From a virus (Duplodnaviria > Heunggongvirae > Uroviricota > Caudoviricetes): 64,000 nucleotides of DNA. The notes under the pieces are model-generated. The model saw only the letters and a program-made list of their open reading frames with translations, ran no database searches and was not told the DNA's origin. Within the stretch, counting starts at the first letter, position 1. Every line of letters begins with the position of its first letter. Positions 26,688-37,504 of this stretch are shown one piece after another. The DNA lies in the IMG/VR virus record IMGVR_UViG_3300031994_000001, positions 279,799-343,798 of that record, one strand, 5' to 3'. Position numbers and translations under genes: made by a program.

Positions 26688-28146
26688 TCTTGATGGCGTT
26701 GTTTTTCATAAATGCCTCAACCGCATTGTTGTCAAATACATCGTGTATGCGTTTGAGCATTTCATTTTCTTTATCTTTGTATTTATATTCTTTATATTTG
26801 CCATCAAGTGACATATTGTTGTAAGTCATACCCAAAGAGCAACAATATTTGTAGTAGTCGTAAAAACCGTCAATGAGAGGCTTCAGATTCCTGCGCTTCA
26901 CTTCGCAGGTCGTTTTCTCTATACCAAGTTTTCTTTTGTAATTGGAAACGCTTTGCGGGGTAACACCGATAACATCGGCAATAACACGATTGAACTTCGC
27001 CGTGTTTCTCACATAAATCGGATTGTCGTGGATAAAATTCGCCATAATGAGCATATTCTTGAACTCCTTGTATTTGCGCTGCGCTATTGAGTTGTCAAGT
27101 TGCTGCTGTGTGTATGGTTGGTATGTGAGGTCGGGGTCATAGGTTTCGACCGCATTGTCGTATGCCGACTTGAAGTCACGCTCAAATTCCTCATCGGTAT
27201 ATGGCTCTGATTTGTTCAGTTTCTTTCTGTACTCGTCCAAACGCGCATAAGCAATCTCCCTGCATTTGTCATAGGATATTTCACCGTTGTACTCACGCAA
27301 AATCGTGTATGCGCACTCCCTTGTGAATTTGTTTCGGCTCTTGCACATAAGCAAGTCGTCCTCTATGTTCACGGAAGAACGGGAATCGGCTATCTTACCC
27401 AACTCCGTTTTCTTCCTTTTACGAAGTTTCAAGTCTGAAATGAATGTGCCAATGTCATTGTATTGCCTGCACAAATTACCCAAATCATACAGTTCGGCAA
27501 TTTCGCTATCTGAACATCTGTTGATTACGGTCGTCAAATTATTGTATATGTCCTCGAACCCGTATGACAGTACTTTCGGGGGCATAGTATCAACCCAACC
27601 GTTGCCGACACTCCAATATGACTTGAAGTCGGAACTGTTGTAAAAGACATTCTTGATATGCCAACCCGTAAACTGCGAATCCCCGTTCATAAGAATCCGA
27701 AGCAATTTTATTGCGTTGAGGTACATTCTGTGAAACTCTGTCGGTTTCATTTTCACATCGCTGCCGCGACCCTCTCGTTTCTTCACAATAACGCCCTCTT
27801 TCAAAAACCAATACAATTGGATATGGTTGTTCGCCCTATGCACTTGATAAGCACTCGGCAACGGAAGCCCGATTATAATGCAGATGTCGGCTACATTGTC
27901 AATAATCTCACTCGGAGACGCATTCGGACAGTTGTCAACGTCAACGACAAGAACATCCCGTATGTAGTGATTCCTCCCCGTTGTGACTTGCAGATAATCC
28001 CTCAAATCGGAACGCAATATGTCAACATAGGATTTGTTTGAATCCTTGACAACATAATAAGTGCGCTTGTCGTTCTTTCCACGAGCGACATCCATACACC
28101 TGCTGTATAAGCCGTACCTGCGGCTCTTTGACAATTTAGCACCCAT
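26638..28146 (-). CDS. Plasmid-type replication initiator (ColE2-like replicase/AEP domain, helical domain and HTH)
   Basis: VLVVDVD, NNHIQLYWFL, GDSQFTG..KN and SRN motifs; C-terminal IADVIGVTPQSVSNY HTH. Confidence 0.6.
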   Translation of the reverse strand: MGAKLSKSRRYGLYSRCMDVARGKNDKRTYYVVKDSNKSYVDILRSDLRDYLQVTTGRNHYIRDVLVVDVDNCPNASPSEIIDNVADICIIIGLPLPSAYQVHRANNHIQLYWFLKEGVIVKKREGRGSDVKMKPTEFHRMYLNAIKLLRILMNGDSQFTGWHIKNVFYNSSDFKSYWSVGNGWVDTMPPKVLSYGFEDIYNNLTTVINRCSDSEIAELYDLGNLCRQYNDIGTFISDLKLRKRKKTELGKIADSRSSVNIEDDLLMCKSRNKFTRECAYTILREYNGEISYDKCREIAYARLDEYRKKLNKSEPYTDEEFERDFKSAYDNAVETYDPDLTYQPYTQQQLDNSIAQRKYKEFKNMLIMANFIHDNPIYVRNTAKFNRVIADVIGVTPQSVSNYKRKLGIEKTTCEVKRRNLKPLIDGFYDYYKYCCSLGMTYNNMSLDGKYKEYKYKDKENEMLKRIHDVFDNNAVEAFMKNNAIKNVSGIEQISSEWKEHI

Positions 28147-28388
28147 TACACTTGATTTATGTAAACCCCCGTCTCTTTTGTTTTAAGTATATACGCAGTC
28201 TCCGTCATAGGAAACGCGCCGAAGGTTTCCTCGGTCGCAAGACTTGTGATTACATAACGGTTATTGTCGGCATCACATTGGACAACACAGTTCTCGAATG
28301 TGAAACGCAACACCATATTGTAGGTGTAAACCTTGACAATGCTCCGCATATTGGCATCGCCCGTATTTCTATCTTCAAATAATACCAT
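28146..28388 (-). CDS. Hypothetical protein
   Basis: 80 aa ORF; its stop overlaps the next start. Confidence 0.6.
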   Translation of the reverse strand: MVLFEDRNTGDANMRSIVKVYTYNMVLRFTFENCVVQCDADNNRYVITSLATEETFGAFPMTETAYILKTKETGVYINQV

Positions 28389-28395
28389 ATCCTAT

Positions 28396-29052
28396 TTATA
28401 TTTTTCTAATGACATAATTGATGTCGAACCTAATGAGTTTCATTATGGTTTCAGCATCCTTGTTCAAATGTATAGTGACATTCCCTTCGTCATCAATCGA
28501 AGACGTGACTGAAGGTTTCAACGCAGGAACGTCAATGTCGTATGCAGGGTGATAATATTTGTTGTCATCGTCAAATGTGAATATATCTTTGTAACCACAC
28601 AGTTCACTATGAACAACTTGCATTTCCTGCATAACATAAGTTTCGAGTTCGGCAGCGTTGTACTGCGAATGAATATAATCGTATATTCTTTCGAACATAC
28701 GAAGCGAAAGCCTGCTTGCAAATTCCTCGTATGCCGTACTTCTGCGATACAGTTCAGCCAACTGCGTCTGCATCTCCACAAGTCTCCTATCGGTCAACTT
28801 AAATTGCTTTACAAACGCCATTTCGGGCATCATTTCCCCATAGCAATATAGGCAATATGACTTGGTTTCATTTGTGACGCGGGCAGTAAGCCAACCGTCA
28901 CCTGCGCAAACGCCTTCGAGATTCTTTAACGGAATTGTCTTATATGTGATTGCGTGAGGAACATTCTGCTCGTCAAGATAGTAAAAGACACTCCAATCGG
29001 CATAGCGACCTTCGTTAATACCATAATCGAAAAAAACCAAATTTGATTCCAT
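28396..29052 (-). CDS. Hypothetical protein
   Basis: 218 aa ORF in the operon. Confidence 0.65.
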   Translation of the reverse strand: MESNLVFFDYGINEGRYADWSVFYYLDEQNVPHAITYKTIPLKNLEGVCAGDGWLTARVTNETKSYCLYCYGEMMPEMAFVKQFKLTDRRLVEMQTQLAELYRRSTAYEEFASRLSLRMFERIYDYIHSQYNAAELETYVMQEMQVVHSELCGYKDIFTFDDDNKYYHPAYDIDVPALKPSVTSSIDDEGNVTIHLNKDAETIMKLIRFDINYVIRKI

Positions 29053-29135
29053 TATAAATAAATTACTTTTTTGGTGTTAGTTAAGATTTTTCTTTTCTAT
29101 TCTTCCATTTTTCTACAATCCGCAAGGTGAGTCAG

Positions 29136-29224
29136 AAAAAAGACCGAGCAACGCCCGCGTCCCCGAAACCCCCTCAAATTGTTGTTTCAACTTCGGTTGT
29201 CACGGCAGAGGGGGTGGGGCGGTC
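29136..29224. ncRNA. Candidate structured RNA (long GC-rich stem-loop)
   Basis: Nested pairings gaccg/cggtc, cccc/gggg and ccccctc/gaggggg in a non-coding gap. Confidence 0.35.
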
Positions 29225-29399
29225 AAACTGTCAAAATCACTTCTGACGCGCTTTTTTCCGCCAAATGCCTTTCGACTTTACTTTTACACAAAGCCTTACG
29301 TATTTGTTCATTGGCTTTTTCCAATGCTTTCGGGTCAACCTCCCTAACCTTATCCTTATGTTCAGCAGCATATTGCCTCAATGATTTTATGTGTTTCAT
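29223..29399 (-). CDS. 58-aa ORF below the track cutoff, with a leader-like start
   Basis: [20 protein letters not shown]...; ATGA overlap with the gp46 stop. Confidence 0.6.
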   Translation of the reverse strand: MKHIKSLRQYAAEHKDKVREVDPKALEKANEQIRKALCKSKVERHLAEKSASEVILTV

Positions 29400-31036
29400 A
29401 TTTCTACAAAATGTGAAAAACCGTTGCTCTTTTCAATCTCTATCGTTTTGTCAACAAAGGACGAATCCAACACGGCGTGGTGGACTATATACATATTGAT
29501 TCCGTTGTCCTTTGAAAACCCGTTAAATATCTTCAGCAATTCATTGCAACTCGCAACATCAATTCCCGACAGCACCTCGTCCAAGAACAGAACATTTATG
29601 TCCGAAATTTTGGTCTTGATTATGTGCAGGAAAGCAAGTGTGACGGCAATGTCAATTTTCTTACGCTCACCCGTTGAAAGACACTTGTACTTAACGACCT
29701 CGCCGAGATAGAAAATGGTACAGTCGTATGTGTTGTCAAACACGATTCGGTAGTTGATTCCGACTTTCTCACAGATGTCAATTATACTGCTGTTTATATA
29801 AGGGACATATATATCAGATATGTACTGTTTCAGCCCCTTTTCCGAAAAGATGTTCAGCACTATTTCAAGCAACTGCTTCTTTCCGCCGAGGGTTCTCAAA
29901 TTTTCAAGAAGCGGACGTTTCTTTTCCTCAATATCGGAAATGAGTTTGCGCATATCTGCGGCAACCTCATCGTTCTTATTTTTCTCCGCGTTGATTTTGG
30001 TTTCCAACGAACCTTTCCTCACTTTGAGATTGGTTATCTCCGTCACCTGCCTGCTTTTTGTCCTATTGACATCCTGCCATTTCTTGACAGCCTCGTCTTT
30101 CTTCGCGGACACTTCCCTTTCCGCCTTGACCGCCTCATTCAGTTTTTTCTCCAAGTCGTCCATCTCGTGAACGTGTTTGTCGTCCGTCAAGTCAGAACCG
30201 CAAGTGGGGCATTTGCCTTTTTTCAGAAGGTCTATCTTTTTGCGGAGCGCGGGCATATCGCTCGTAACATTCGCATACTCAACACTGTATTCGTTGACTT
30301 CCTTGTTATACTGTTCGACCAACGCGCTATTTTCCTTGTACGACTTGGCTGTCTCAACAAGGAGTTTATTGGTTTCCTCAAGTTCAGCCTCCATAGCAGA
30401 AGTGTCAACCTGCTCGTTTTCCAACTTTGAGATTTTGCCTTTGATTGACTCTATCGAAGTGTCATATCCGTCAATGGTTGTGTTGGCATCCAATATAGCA
30501 GTCTTGACCTCTTTCAGTTTTTCCTTTACCTTGAATGCCGCCGAGTTGATTACCGTGTAACCGAATATGCGGTCTATAATTTCCCTCTTTTCGGCAGGCG
30601 TAAGTTTTACAAACGACTTGAACACATTGACTGACAATATGATAGAGTTCTTGAAGATATTGTATTGCATTTTGAACACCTCATCTTCAAGATATTTCTG
30701 CACATTGCTTTTGCCCGCCGTGTTGAGTTCCTTTCCGTCAACAAACGCCTCGAACAGATTGGGTGACAACCCTCTGTGTATGAACACGTGTTTGCCGTCA
30801 CAATCCAAATCAATCTCACCCTCAAAGTGCTTGTTCACTCGGTTCGGTATATCACTCTGCGTGAAGTCGTCAAGTTGACCGTAGAGCATATAGATAATAA
30901 AATTGGCAATGCTCGTCTTGCCAGCCCCGTTCTGACCGCAGATGAGGTTCAATCCGCTGTCGGTATCAAAGGACATTTCATTCCAAGCATTGCCCCAACT
31001 TGTAAAGTTGCGCCACCTAATTCTGTTAATCTTCAT
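29396..31036 (-). CDS. gp46: Rad50/SbcC-like recombination ATPase
   Basis: [12 protein letters not shown] Zn hook, LSTGE signature and LFLDE motifs. Confidence 0.95.
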   Translation of the reverse strand: MKINRIRWRNFTSWGNAWNEMSFDTDSGLNLICGQNGAGKTSIANFIIYMLYGQLDDFTQSDIPNRVNKHFEGEIDLDCDGKHVFIHRGLSPNLFEAFVDGKELNTAGKSNVQKYLEDEVFKMQYNIFKNSIILSVNVFKSFVKLTPAEKREIIDRIFGYTVINSAAFKVKEKLKEVKTAILDANTTIDGYDTSIESIKGKISKLENEQVDTSAMEAELEETNKLLVETAKSYKENSALVEQYNKEVNEYSVEYANVTSDMPALRKKIDLLKKGKCPTCGSDLTDDKHVHEMDDLEKKLNEAVKAEREVSAKKDEAVKKWQDVNRTKSRQVTEITNLKVRKGSLETKINAEKNKNDEVAADMRKLISDIEEKKRPLLENLRTLGGKKQLLEIVLNIFSEKGLKQYISDIYVPYINSSIIDICEKVGINYRIVFDNTYDCTIFYLGEVVKYKCLSTGERKKIDIAVTLAFLHIIKTKISDINVLFLDEVLSGIDVASCNELLKIFNGFSKDNGINMYIVHHAVLDSSFVDKTIEIEKSNGFSHFVEI

Positions 31037-31262
31037 TGTTCACAACGACCTTTTTTCTGTAAACGATTCTTCCGTTGGTCAAGTCGTACACGCTCATTTC
31101 CACCGTCACCTCGTCACCGACCAAAATCCGTATGTTATGGCTTCGGATTTTGCCGCCGAGGTAAGCAGTGATTTCGTGTCCGTTGTCAAGGGCAACCTTG
31201 TACTTGCCGTTGCTCAAATCCTGCAAGACAACACCTTCGGACTTAATCAATCCTTGTTTCAT
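31026..31262 (-). CDS. infA: Translation initiation factor IF-1
   Basis: EGVV...V.LDNGH...AYLGGKIR...IRILVGD.V.VEMS.YDLT.GRIVYR pattern. Confidence 0.95.
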   Translation of the reverse strand: MKQGLIKSEGVVLQDLSNGKYKVALDNGHEITAYLGGKIRSHNIRILVGDEVTVEMSVYDLTNGRIVYRKKVVVNNED

Positions 31263-31900
31263 ATTTTCCTTATATTTTCCTTATTTTTCTTCAATTTGTC
31301 ACGCCACTCATAAAGGTTGAGCGCGTGTTTCAGCAACATAACGACAGCCTCATTGTCCGCGTGCAACCCAGCCTTTAGGTTTGATTCAAACGCTTCCAAC
31401 GCCTCGTCAATCGTACAATTTAATGTATCGGGGCAGGTTCTTACCGCCATTGGAACTGAATCATCACAATCGGCTGCATCGTCTTCCGTGTAAACACATT
31501 CGGGGACATACATATTCGCCTCCCAACGGGTGATGAGTTCCTTAATATATATGAATATGTGCGGACTGCTGTTTCCGAACCTATTCATAACATAGGTTAT
31601 GGAATTTTCAAGGTGCGGGCTATTCATCCTGCAAATAGGAATCCAAATGCGGTGTCCGTCTTTGTCAAATGTACCCCTGCGGATTGAAGTGCGTATCTCT
31701 GCAAACGGGCTGTCCGTATAGACGCACATATCCTTCATTTTCTCCTTGTTGTCAGAGATTCTGATATACTCATTGCCGCCGTCAACAAAATAGTCGTCAC
31801 CGTTCTTATCCGTATGCTGCACGTAGTCGTGCGTGTAGTACGAAGTCAGAACCGTGCCATCGGGGGTCTGCCATCTGTTGAGCAAAAGTTTTCTTTCCAT
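31259..31900 (-). CDS. Conserved phage hypothetical protein
   Basis: TPDGT.L.S..HDY...YFVDGG..YIR motif. Confidence 0.65.
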   Translation of the reverse strand: MERKLLLNRWQTPDGTVLTSYYTHDYVQHTDKNGDDYFVDGGNEYIRISDNKEKMKDMCVYTDSPFAEIRTSIRRGTFDKDGHRIWIPICRMNSPHLENSITYVMNRFGNSSPHIFIYIKELITRWEANMYVPECVYTEDDAADCDDSVPMAVRTCPDTLNCTIDEALEAFESNLKAGLHADNEAVVMLLKHALNLYEWRDKLKKNKENIRKI

Positions 31901-32247
31901 TATTCTTCCTCCACTTGTTCATATTGGACATCGCCGTATGCCATATCCTTGATACGCAGGTTTTCCGACACGGCTATCGAATCCATATCCTCGTCATTTA
32001 CCGCACAAGTCCACTTTTGAACACCATTGCCGTCAAGCATAAGCGGGTCGAAAACGTCATAAATTGCCTTAATGACATTTTCCTCAAACTCAATGGCGTA
32101 AAGATATTCGCCTTTCTCCCCCTTGTTCCAAACAGCCTGCGCGGTGTGACCGTTGTGGGCGAGAACCCCGTTCAGTTCATTTATCGCAAATCCGTTTGCG
32201 AGGAAATCGTCCTTCGTGATTTCCGTAATCAAAAAAATTGTGTTCAT
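31900..32247 (-). CDS. Hypothetical acidic protein
   Basis: 115 aa ORF in the operon. Confidence 0.6.
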   Translation of the reverse strand: MNTIFLITEITKDDFLANGFAINELNGVLAHNGHTAQAVWNKGEKGEYLYAIEFEENVIKAIYDVFDPLMLDGNGVQKWTCAVNDEDMDSIAVSENLRIKDMAYGDVQYEQVEEE

Positions 32248-32267
32248 ATTCGTTATAATGTTTTTCG

Positions 32268-32609
32268 CTATTTTCTTCCTATACTGTGGTTGTAAAAATT
32301 GCCGTCAGACCATATATAAGGTACGTTGGCGTGTTGGTGTGAATCCCAAGTGTCGTCATAAAACGCATCCCACATCTTGTTTTCAATGTATGAATTGGCG
32401 TTGCCATCGTGATAGAACACAAAATGTATCACGGGTACATTGCCTTTCGGGTCGGCTTTCTCGTTCATTCTCTCCATAAGCGAGACGAACTCGTTTACCG
32501 ACTTGCCGTGGAAGTTCGATATTATGTTCTCGTGTTCCCTAACCGAAGCGAACCAAGCGAGTATTTCGGGTACTTCCTTCATCTCATTTTTAATTTCTTC
32601 AAGTGTCAT
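32268..32609 (-). CDS. Hypothetical protein
   Basis: 113 aa ORF after a TTTTTTATTATA element. Confidence 0.6.
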   Translation of the reverse strand: MTLEEIKNEMKEVPEILAWFASVREHENIISNFHGKSVNEFVSLMERMNEKADPKGNVPVIHFVFYHDGNANSYIENKMWDAFYDDTWDSHQHANVPYIWSDGNFYNHSIGRK

Positions 32610-32719
32610 ACAGATTCAGTTTATCACTATAATATAATAAAAAAATCAAAATTCGTGTGTGTTGTTCAAAAATAATTTATATGCGCGTCCGAGATTGGAA
32701 AAATGCCAATTTCAACCAT

Positions 32720-32727
32720 TATAAATA
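32720..32727 (+). promoter_or_regulatory. T4-type late promoter TATAAATA (representative copy; about 20 in the window)
   Basis: Upstream of the tail sheath gene. Other + copies: 567, 1077, 1325, 20555, 29053, 36254, 41862, 44679, 59513. Other - copies: 6216, 13096, 13175, 22742, 38944, 40588, 41844, 48023, 50171, 54641, 59391. Confidence 0.85.
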
Positions 32728-32748
32728 ATATAAAATATTTTAATCAAT

Positions 32749-35700
32749 ATGGCACTATCAACAGAACTTTACGGTCTCAAATCAGCAGGTACATACAGAT
32801 TTGAAAGAGACCAGTCCGTGACAATGGACACCGCCACTCCGTTGGAAAATGTCAGAATGTTGGTCGGATTCTCAAAGGTCGGCCCCTTTAACACACCCGT
32901 GTTTATCCAAAACACTCGTGAGTTCATCAACACATTCGGTGACATTGACCGCACGTTGGAAAAAAGAGGTTCATACTTCCACAGAAGTTGTCTCGCCGCT
33001 TTGAGTGCTGGACCAATCTACGCGCTCAATCTTCTTAAACTCACCGATGAAGACAAGGTGGACGCTATGCGTTTCTCAACCTCTGTCGCTTCAGAGGCGC
33101 AGGACGAGAACCCGCAAGCGGAAGGCAACCTTTTCGACTACCGTGGAATGTATAACATCGAAAACTTCTACACTCCTTCAGAGGAGTCTTTCCTCTACAC
33201 TATCGGCAGAAAGAACTACTATGAGGAAAACAGCACCAACTGCATCCTCAACTTCACCAACATCGGCAAGTCACCCGTTTCAGTCATCGTGACAAGGGCT
33301 AACGAGTACAACTCAACCAACTTCAAGGTAACTGCACAAGAATGGTACGGCAAGGGCAATGTTCCCGAATACCTCCACGAGACCTCTTATATGAGCGACT
33401 ATATGGTTGACGTTTATGTTCTCGCAGGAAATTGGGGCGGCGACTTCAATGACGAGGAAGGTCATCCTTACAGAAGATTCGCTTCCGACATCAAGTTCGG
33501 CAAGTATTTCGACAAAGACAAGGGCTTCATCAGACGCAAGAACGCCGATGACACAACCGACACTATGCTGACACAGTTCCTCAACGAACCCGATGTCAAG
33601 TTGATTGGGAAGTACACGGGTTCTCTTATCCCAGGCTTGGTTGACAAGAACGGTCGCAACATCTATATTGAATATATGATTAACAGCGACACCGCAACCA
33701 ACGGTCTTATGTGTTCTGTGAACGAGCAAATTTTTGACGGCGATGTGAAATTGGACGGCGCACGCTACGGTATTGATATGGTGGGTCACTCACTCTATGA
33801 CGCTATCCAAAACGAAAACTACTCAAATGTTAGGTTCTTGAGTTACAGCGGCAATGTCAGCGGAAAACTCGAAGACGACATTTTGGGCGGCGCAAGCCTC
33901 TCATTGGGAACGGGTACTGACGCTCCTTATTCACTCACTATTGACACAAACATTCCGAAAGACCTCGAACTCGCTTCAAACGCAACCCCACGCAACGGTG
34001 CTGCTGTTGACGAATTTAGAGGCGGTATCGCAGTCATCAACACAAAAGAAGGCAACGGCACTATCAGAAAGTATGTTTACTACTATATGGAAAAAATCGG
34101 CGAAGATGCCGACCATAACCCAACCTACGAATATGTAGAGCCATCCGCTTCTGCAACCAATACAGAAGACGAGCAAAGGGACGCTGCCGCTTACGAAACC
34201 ATTTTCGCACAAGTGGCAAAGAACGACAAGGTGTATATGGAGTACAACAACAACTTCTGGCCTATCACCAACATCACCAAAACAACGCTCAACGGTGTGA
34301 CCGACAATTCAGCAATCCCGCAAGAGGTCGCTAACATAATCAACGGCAACGCCGCACAGCAAACCGACAAATTCTTCAACAACATTGACACCGAGACAAG
34401 AATCGCTCACCCAATCGTGAAATACGTCATCACGCTCAAGGCTGACGCAAACCACCAACTGTCCGATTCAAGCGACATCTCAAATGACGGCGGTTCATAT
34501 CTGATTTCAGAAGACTTTAACGGCGGATTCATTTTCAACGGAAATCCTTTGCCAAACTTTGTGTTCTTGGAAGGCTCTAATGTTTACGCAAACAGAAAGA
34601 ACCTCTCAACCCACGACAAGATTGACAAAGACGGTGGAATTGACATCGATTGGTACGACAACATCCATCCTATCACAACCGTAAACGGAACTGAAATCGC
34701 AAACGCCGCATACGCTCCCGACTATGTTGCCGCATACCTCACCGAAGGCGAGGAAGACGCTCAACAGCAAATCACAAACTTCTCATTCAACGACAACAAA
34801 GTGACTGTTCTTCTTGGTGCAGGACACTACGAAATGACAATCACAGTCAAGAGAAGCGTGTACGGAATCGAAGCAAAAGAAAACGAGTTCTTCATCCCCG
34901 CAGAGAGCAACGATGAATCATACGACTATGTTAAAATCGGAAACTTCATTCTCTCAAAGGACGGAGACAACCACCGTTTGACAAGAATCGCGGAAATCAC
35001 GGGTGTCAGCGACCCCGAAAGCGGTATCGTCACTTGGAGAAAAGTCGCCTGCCAAGACAAGGTTGTTCTGAACAACTTCTTCCTTGATTCAACCGACAAC
35101 ACCGAATGGTGTTCAACCGAGTGCTTCTGCGACATTACCGAATACTTCACACACTACAATGTGTTCACTTTGGGTGGCTTCACCTTGAAGAAATCACATA
35201 TGCCCGATGGCACAAACGAGCGTCAACACGAAATCCTTGACCTCTTGGCAGAGGACTCAAAGGACAGCAACTTGTTCAACGCTCTGATTGACCGCGAACT
35301 TATCCAATTCCGTTATTTGGTTGACACCTTCGGATTTGGTATCGAAGAATCCTGCAAAGACCAATACACAAAACTTTGCAAGGAAAGAAAGAGTGCATTC
35401 GCCATCATCAACGCTCCGTCAAGCAACGACTTCAAGATTTCGGAGAATCCGTCATTCATTGACAAGAACAAATCCGTATCAGCAGAGTTCATCGCAAAGG
35501 GCGGCGACCCCGACAAGAACCCTACATTCTTGTTCTCACTTCCCGATGTGGCACACGGCGCAACTTGGGGCGCATACTACTACCCATACCTCAAAGTGTA
35601 CAGCAACTACACAACAATCAATGTTCCGCCTGCCGCTTACGTTTCCAACTTGTATGTTGCGAAGTACGAAACGGGTCAACCTTGGAACGCTGTCGCAGGA

Positions 35701-36201
35701 CAGAACAGAGGTGTAATCAGCGGTAACAATGTTGTTGGCGTTGAGTCAACACTCGTAAGAGACAACCGCGATTGGTTAGAACCTGCGGGTATCAACTCAA
35801 TCATCTACCAAAACGGCGTTGGCTGCGTAATCTACGCTAACAAGACTGCAAAGCAAACTCCGAAGTCCGCTTTGAGCGAAATCAACTGCCGTGAGGCTTG
35901 TATCTACATCCAAGACGGTGTTGAAAAGATACTCCGTAACTACTTGTTCGAAGTGAACAACGCACAAACAAGACTTGAAATCAAGACTTTGGTTGACAAC
36001 TTCATTGATATGGTGAAGAACAACGGCGGCGTTTACGACTTCAAGACCGTTATGGATAAATCAAACAACACCAACGAGGTCATTGACCACAATATGGGTG
36101 TGATTGACATCTTCATCGAACCTGCCCGCGCAATGGACATCCTCGTTCAAAAACTCACAATTTTGAGAACGGGTGTTATCGAAAGCGGTACGTTTGAATA
36201 A
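32749..36201 (+). CDS. gp18: Contractile tail sheath protein with a large central insertion
   Basis: SAGTYRFERD, GFSKVGPFNTP, YYPY..VPPA, AG..RG, INSI, KSALS.IN.R, FE.N and DIFIEP sheath motifs. Confidence 0.92.
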   Translation: MALSTELYGLKSAGTYRFERDQSVTMDTATPLENVRMLVGFSKVGPFNTPVFIQNTREFINTFGDIDRTLEKRGSYFHRSCLAALSAGPIYALNLLKLTDEDKVDAMRFSTSVASEAQDENPQAEGNLFDYRGMYNIENFYTPSEESFLYTIGRKNYYEENSTNCILNFTNIGKSPVSVIVTRANEYNSTNFKVTAQEWYGKGNVPEYLHETSYMSDYMVDVYVLAGNWGGDFNDEEGHPYRRFASDIKFGKYFDKDKGFIRRKNADDTTDTMLTQFLNEPDVKLIGKYTGSLIPGLVDKNGRNIYIEYMINSDTATNGLMCSVNEQIFDGDVKLDGARYGIDMVGHSLYDAIQNENYSNVRFLSYSGNVSGKLEDDILGGASLSLGTGTDAPYSLTIDTNIPKDLELASNATPRNGAAVDEFRGGIAVINTKEGNGTIRKYVYYYMEKIGEDADHNPTYEYVEPSASATNTEDEQRDAAAYETIFAQVAKNDKVYMEYNNNFWPITNITKTTLNGVTDNSAIPQEVANIINGNAAQQTDKFFNNIDTETRIAHPIVKYVITLKADANHQLSDSSDISNDGGSYLISEDFNGGFIFNGNPLPNFVFLEGSNVYANRKNLSTHDKIDKDGGIDIDWYDNIHPITTVNGTEIANAAYAPDYVAAYLTEGEEDAQQQITNFSFNDNKVTVLLGAGHYEMTITVKRSVYGIEAKENEFFIPAESNDESYDYVKIGNFILSKDGDNHRLTRIAEITGVSDPESGIVTWRKVACQDKVVLNNFFLDSTDNTEWCSTECFCDITEYFTHYNVFTLGGFTLKKSHMPDGTNERQHEILDLLAEDSKDSNLFNALIDRELIQFRYLVDTFGFGIEESCKDQYTKLCKERKSAFAIINAPSSNDFKISENPSFIDKNKSVSAEFIAKGGDPDKNPTFLFSLPDVAHGATWGAYYYPYLKVYSNYTTINVPPAAYVSNLYVAKYETGQPWNAVAGQNRGVISGNNVVGVESTLVRDNRDWLEPAGINSIIYQNGVGCVIYANKTAKQTPKSALSEINCREACIYIQDGVEKILRNYLFEVNNAQTRLEIKTLVDNFIDMVKNNGGVYDFKTVMDKSNNTNEVIDHNMGVIDIFIEPARAMDILVQKLTILRTGVIESGTFE

Positions 36202-36220
36202 ACCACACGATTATAAACCA

Positions 36221-36251
36221 AAGAGGGACGTTAAAAACGCCCTTCTTTTTT
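36221..36251 (+). terminator. Terminator after the sheath gene
   Basis: Imperfect stem aagagggacgtt/aacgcccttctt followed by a T tract. Confidence 0.6.
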
Positions 36252-36278
36252 GTTATAAATATTACAATAAAATAGATT

Positions 36279-36776
36279 ATGAAAATATATTCAATAGACG
36301 AATTTGTAAACGAGAAATTGGATATACAACCAATCTCGAAAAAGAGACTGCAAGACCTGCAAATAGAAAGCCTGCCTGGGTGGAGCGACCACAAACTCAA
36401 GCAAGAGGCTATGAAGTGGGCGGAAGAATCCGCGCAATGGCTTGTTGACAACAAGGAAAATGGCGGATGCTGCTTCTTCAAACTCGGCGCGTCAAAATGC
36501 AAGACGGGTGAAATGTATATCGTTATGGGTTGGAGCGGCGGCTTTGACGAAGACGACACGCAGAACCCCTATGCCGATGGCGAATACAGAATCTGTACCA
36601 AACTCGCGTACAATGAAAGTTCAATGCAAAGCGACTATGAGTTTGATTGGGAAATGCCATACGATGAGAACACGGGTGACGTTGACGACACCGACACGGA
36701 GTACAGCGAACCCAATGATGTCTTGTGGCAGATAGAGCATTGGCAGGAACTTTACAAAGAAAACGATGACGAATAG
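36279..36776 (+). CDS. Acidic hypothetical protein with the two-part leader
   Basis: MKIYSIDEFVNEKLDIQPISKKRL; late promoter at 36254. Confidence 0.75.
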   Translation: MKIYSIDEFVNEKLDIQPISKKRLQDLQIESLPGWSDHKLKQEAMKWAEESAQWLVDNKENGGCCFFKLGASKCKTGEMYIVMGWSGGFDEDDTQNPYADGEYRICTKLAYNESSMQSDYEFDWEMPYDENTGDVDDTDTEYSEPNDVLWQIEHWQELYKENDDE

Positions 36777-36780
36777 TCAG

Positions 36781-36807
36781 AGGCTCGCAGACGCGAGCCT
36801 TTTTTTT
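36781..36807 (+). terminator. Intrinsic terminator
   Basis: aggctcgc...gcgagcct followed by a T tract. Confidence 0.85.
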
Positions 36808-36808
36808 G

Positions 36809-36877
36809 TGTTGATAAGATTGTTGATAACTTTTCTGAAAAAAATGATGCGCGTATAAAAACATTTTGTATTTTTGC
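36809..36877 (+). promoter_or_regulatory. Early promoter with tandem TGTTGATAA boxes
   Basis: Boxes at 36809 and 36821; TATTTTTG at 36869-36876. Confidence 0.75.
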
Positions 36878-36943
36878 GGCGTAATCTGTTTATAAGCAAA
36901 ATCGCTTATAAAACACATATATAAGTCATATAACTTATAAAGT

Positions 36944-37504
36944 ATGAAGATAAAGAATCTGAAATCAACAATCACCCTAATCAAGAAGCACTTGATTGAC
37001 TGCGGGTGCGAGTTCGACCACAGCAGCGACAAGTCGAACTCCGTATATCTGAAACTGCTGAAAAAGACAATCCGCATTTCAGACCACTTCGGCCCGCTTG
37101 CCTGCAAGGACATCAACATCGTTGTCTCCGTGAACGGCAAATACTCCGTTGTCATAAACGGAGGTCTGCTTATTTACGACAAAATCAGCGAACTGAAATC
37201 CTTTATGAAGAATTACTGCGAACTCCAAATCTGCAACAACACCGTTGATATGAACCTCGTAAGCGAGAAAATCGTGTTACAAAAGGAAAAACTTGCCAAA
37301 ATCAACAGCGACCTTGCCGATTCAAACAGCAAACTTATGCAGTTGCAAAGCAAGGTGAACAAGGCAAACATACAAATATCGCAAGTGTCACACCTCAAAT
37401 TCAGTGATGACAGAACCGTTGACGTGTCAACACTCACGAGCAAACAAAAAGCGAAACTGTTTCAAGTTGCAAACAGTTTCGCGAAGCAGTTGTCACAGAA
37501 TTAG
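36944..37504 (+). CDS. Early hypothetical protein (IRISDH motif plus coiled coil)
   Basis: 186 aa ORF behind the early promoter. Confidence 0.65.
   Translation: MKIKNLKSTITLIKKHLIDCGCEFDHSSDKSNSVYLKLLKKTIRISDHFGPLACKDINIVVSVNGKYSVVINGGLLIYDKISELKSFMKNYCELQICNNTVDMNLVSEKIVLQKEKLAKINSDLADSNSKLMQLQSKVNKANIQISQVSHLKFSDDRTVDVSTLTSKQKAKLFQVANSFAKQLSQN

Noticed and set aside
29053-29224. tRNA gene
   Set aside because: No cloverleaf or T-loop consensus; no tRNA or rRNA was recognised anywhere in the window.
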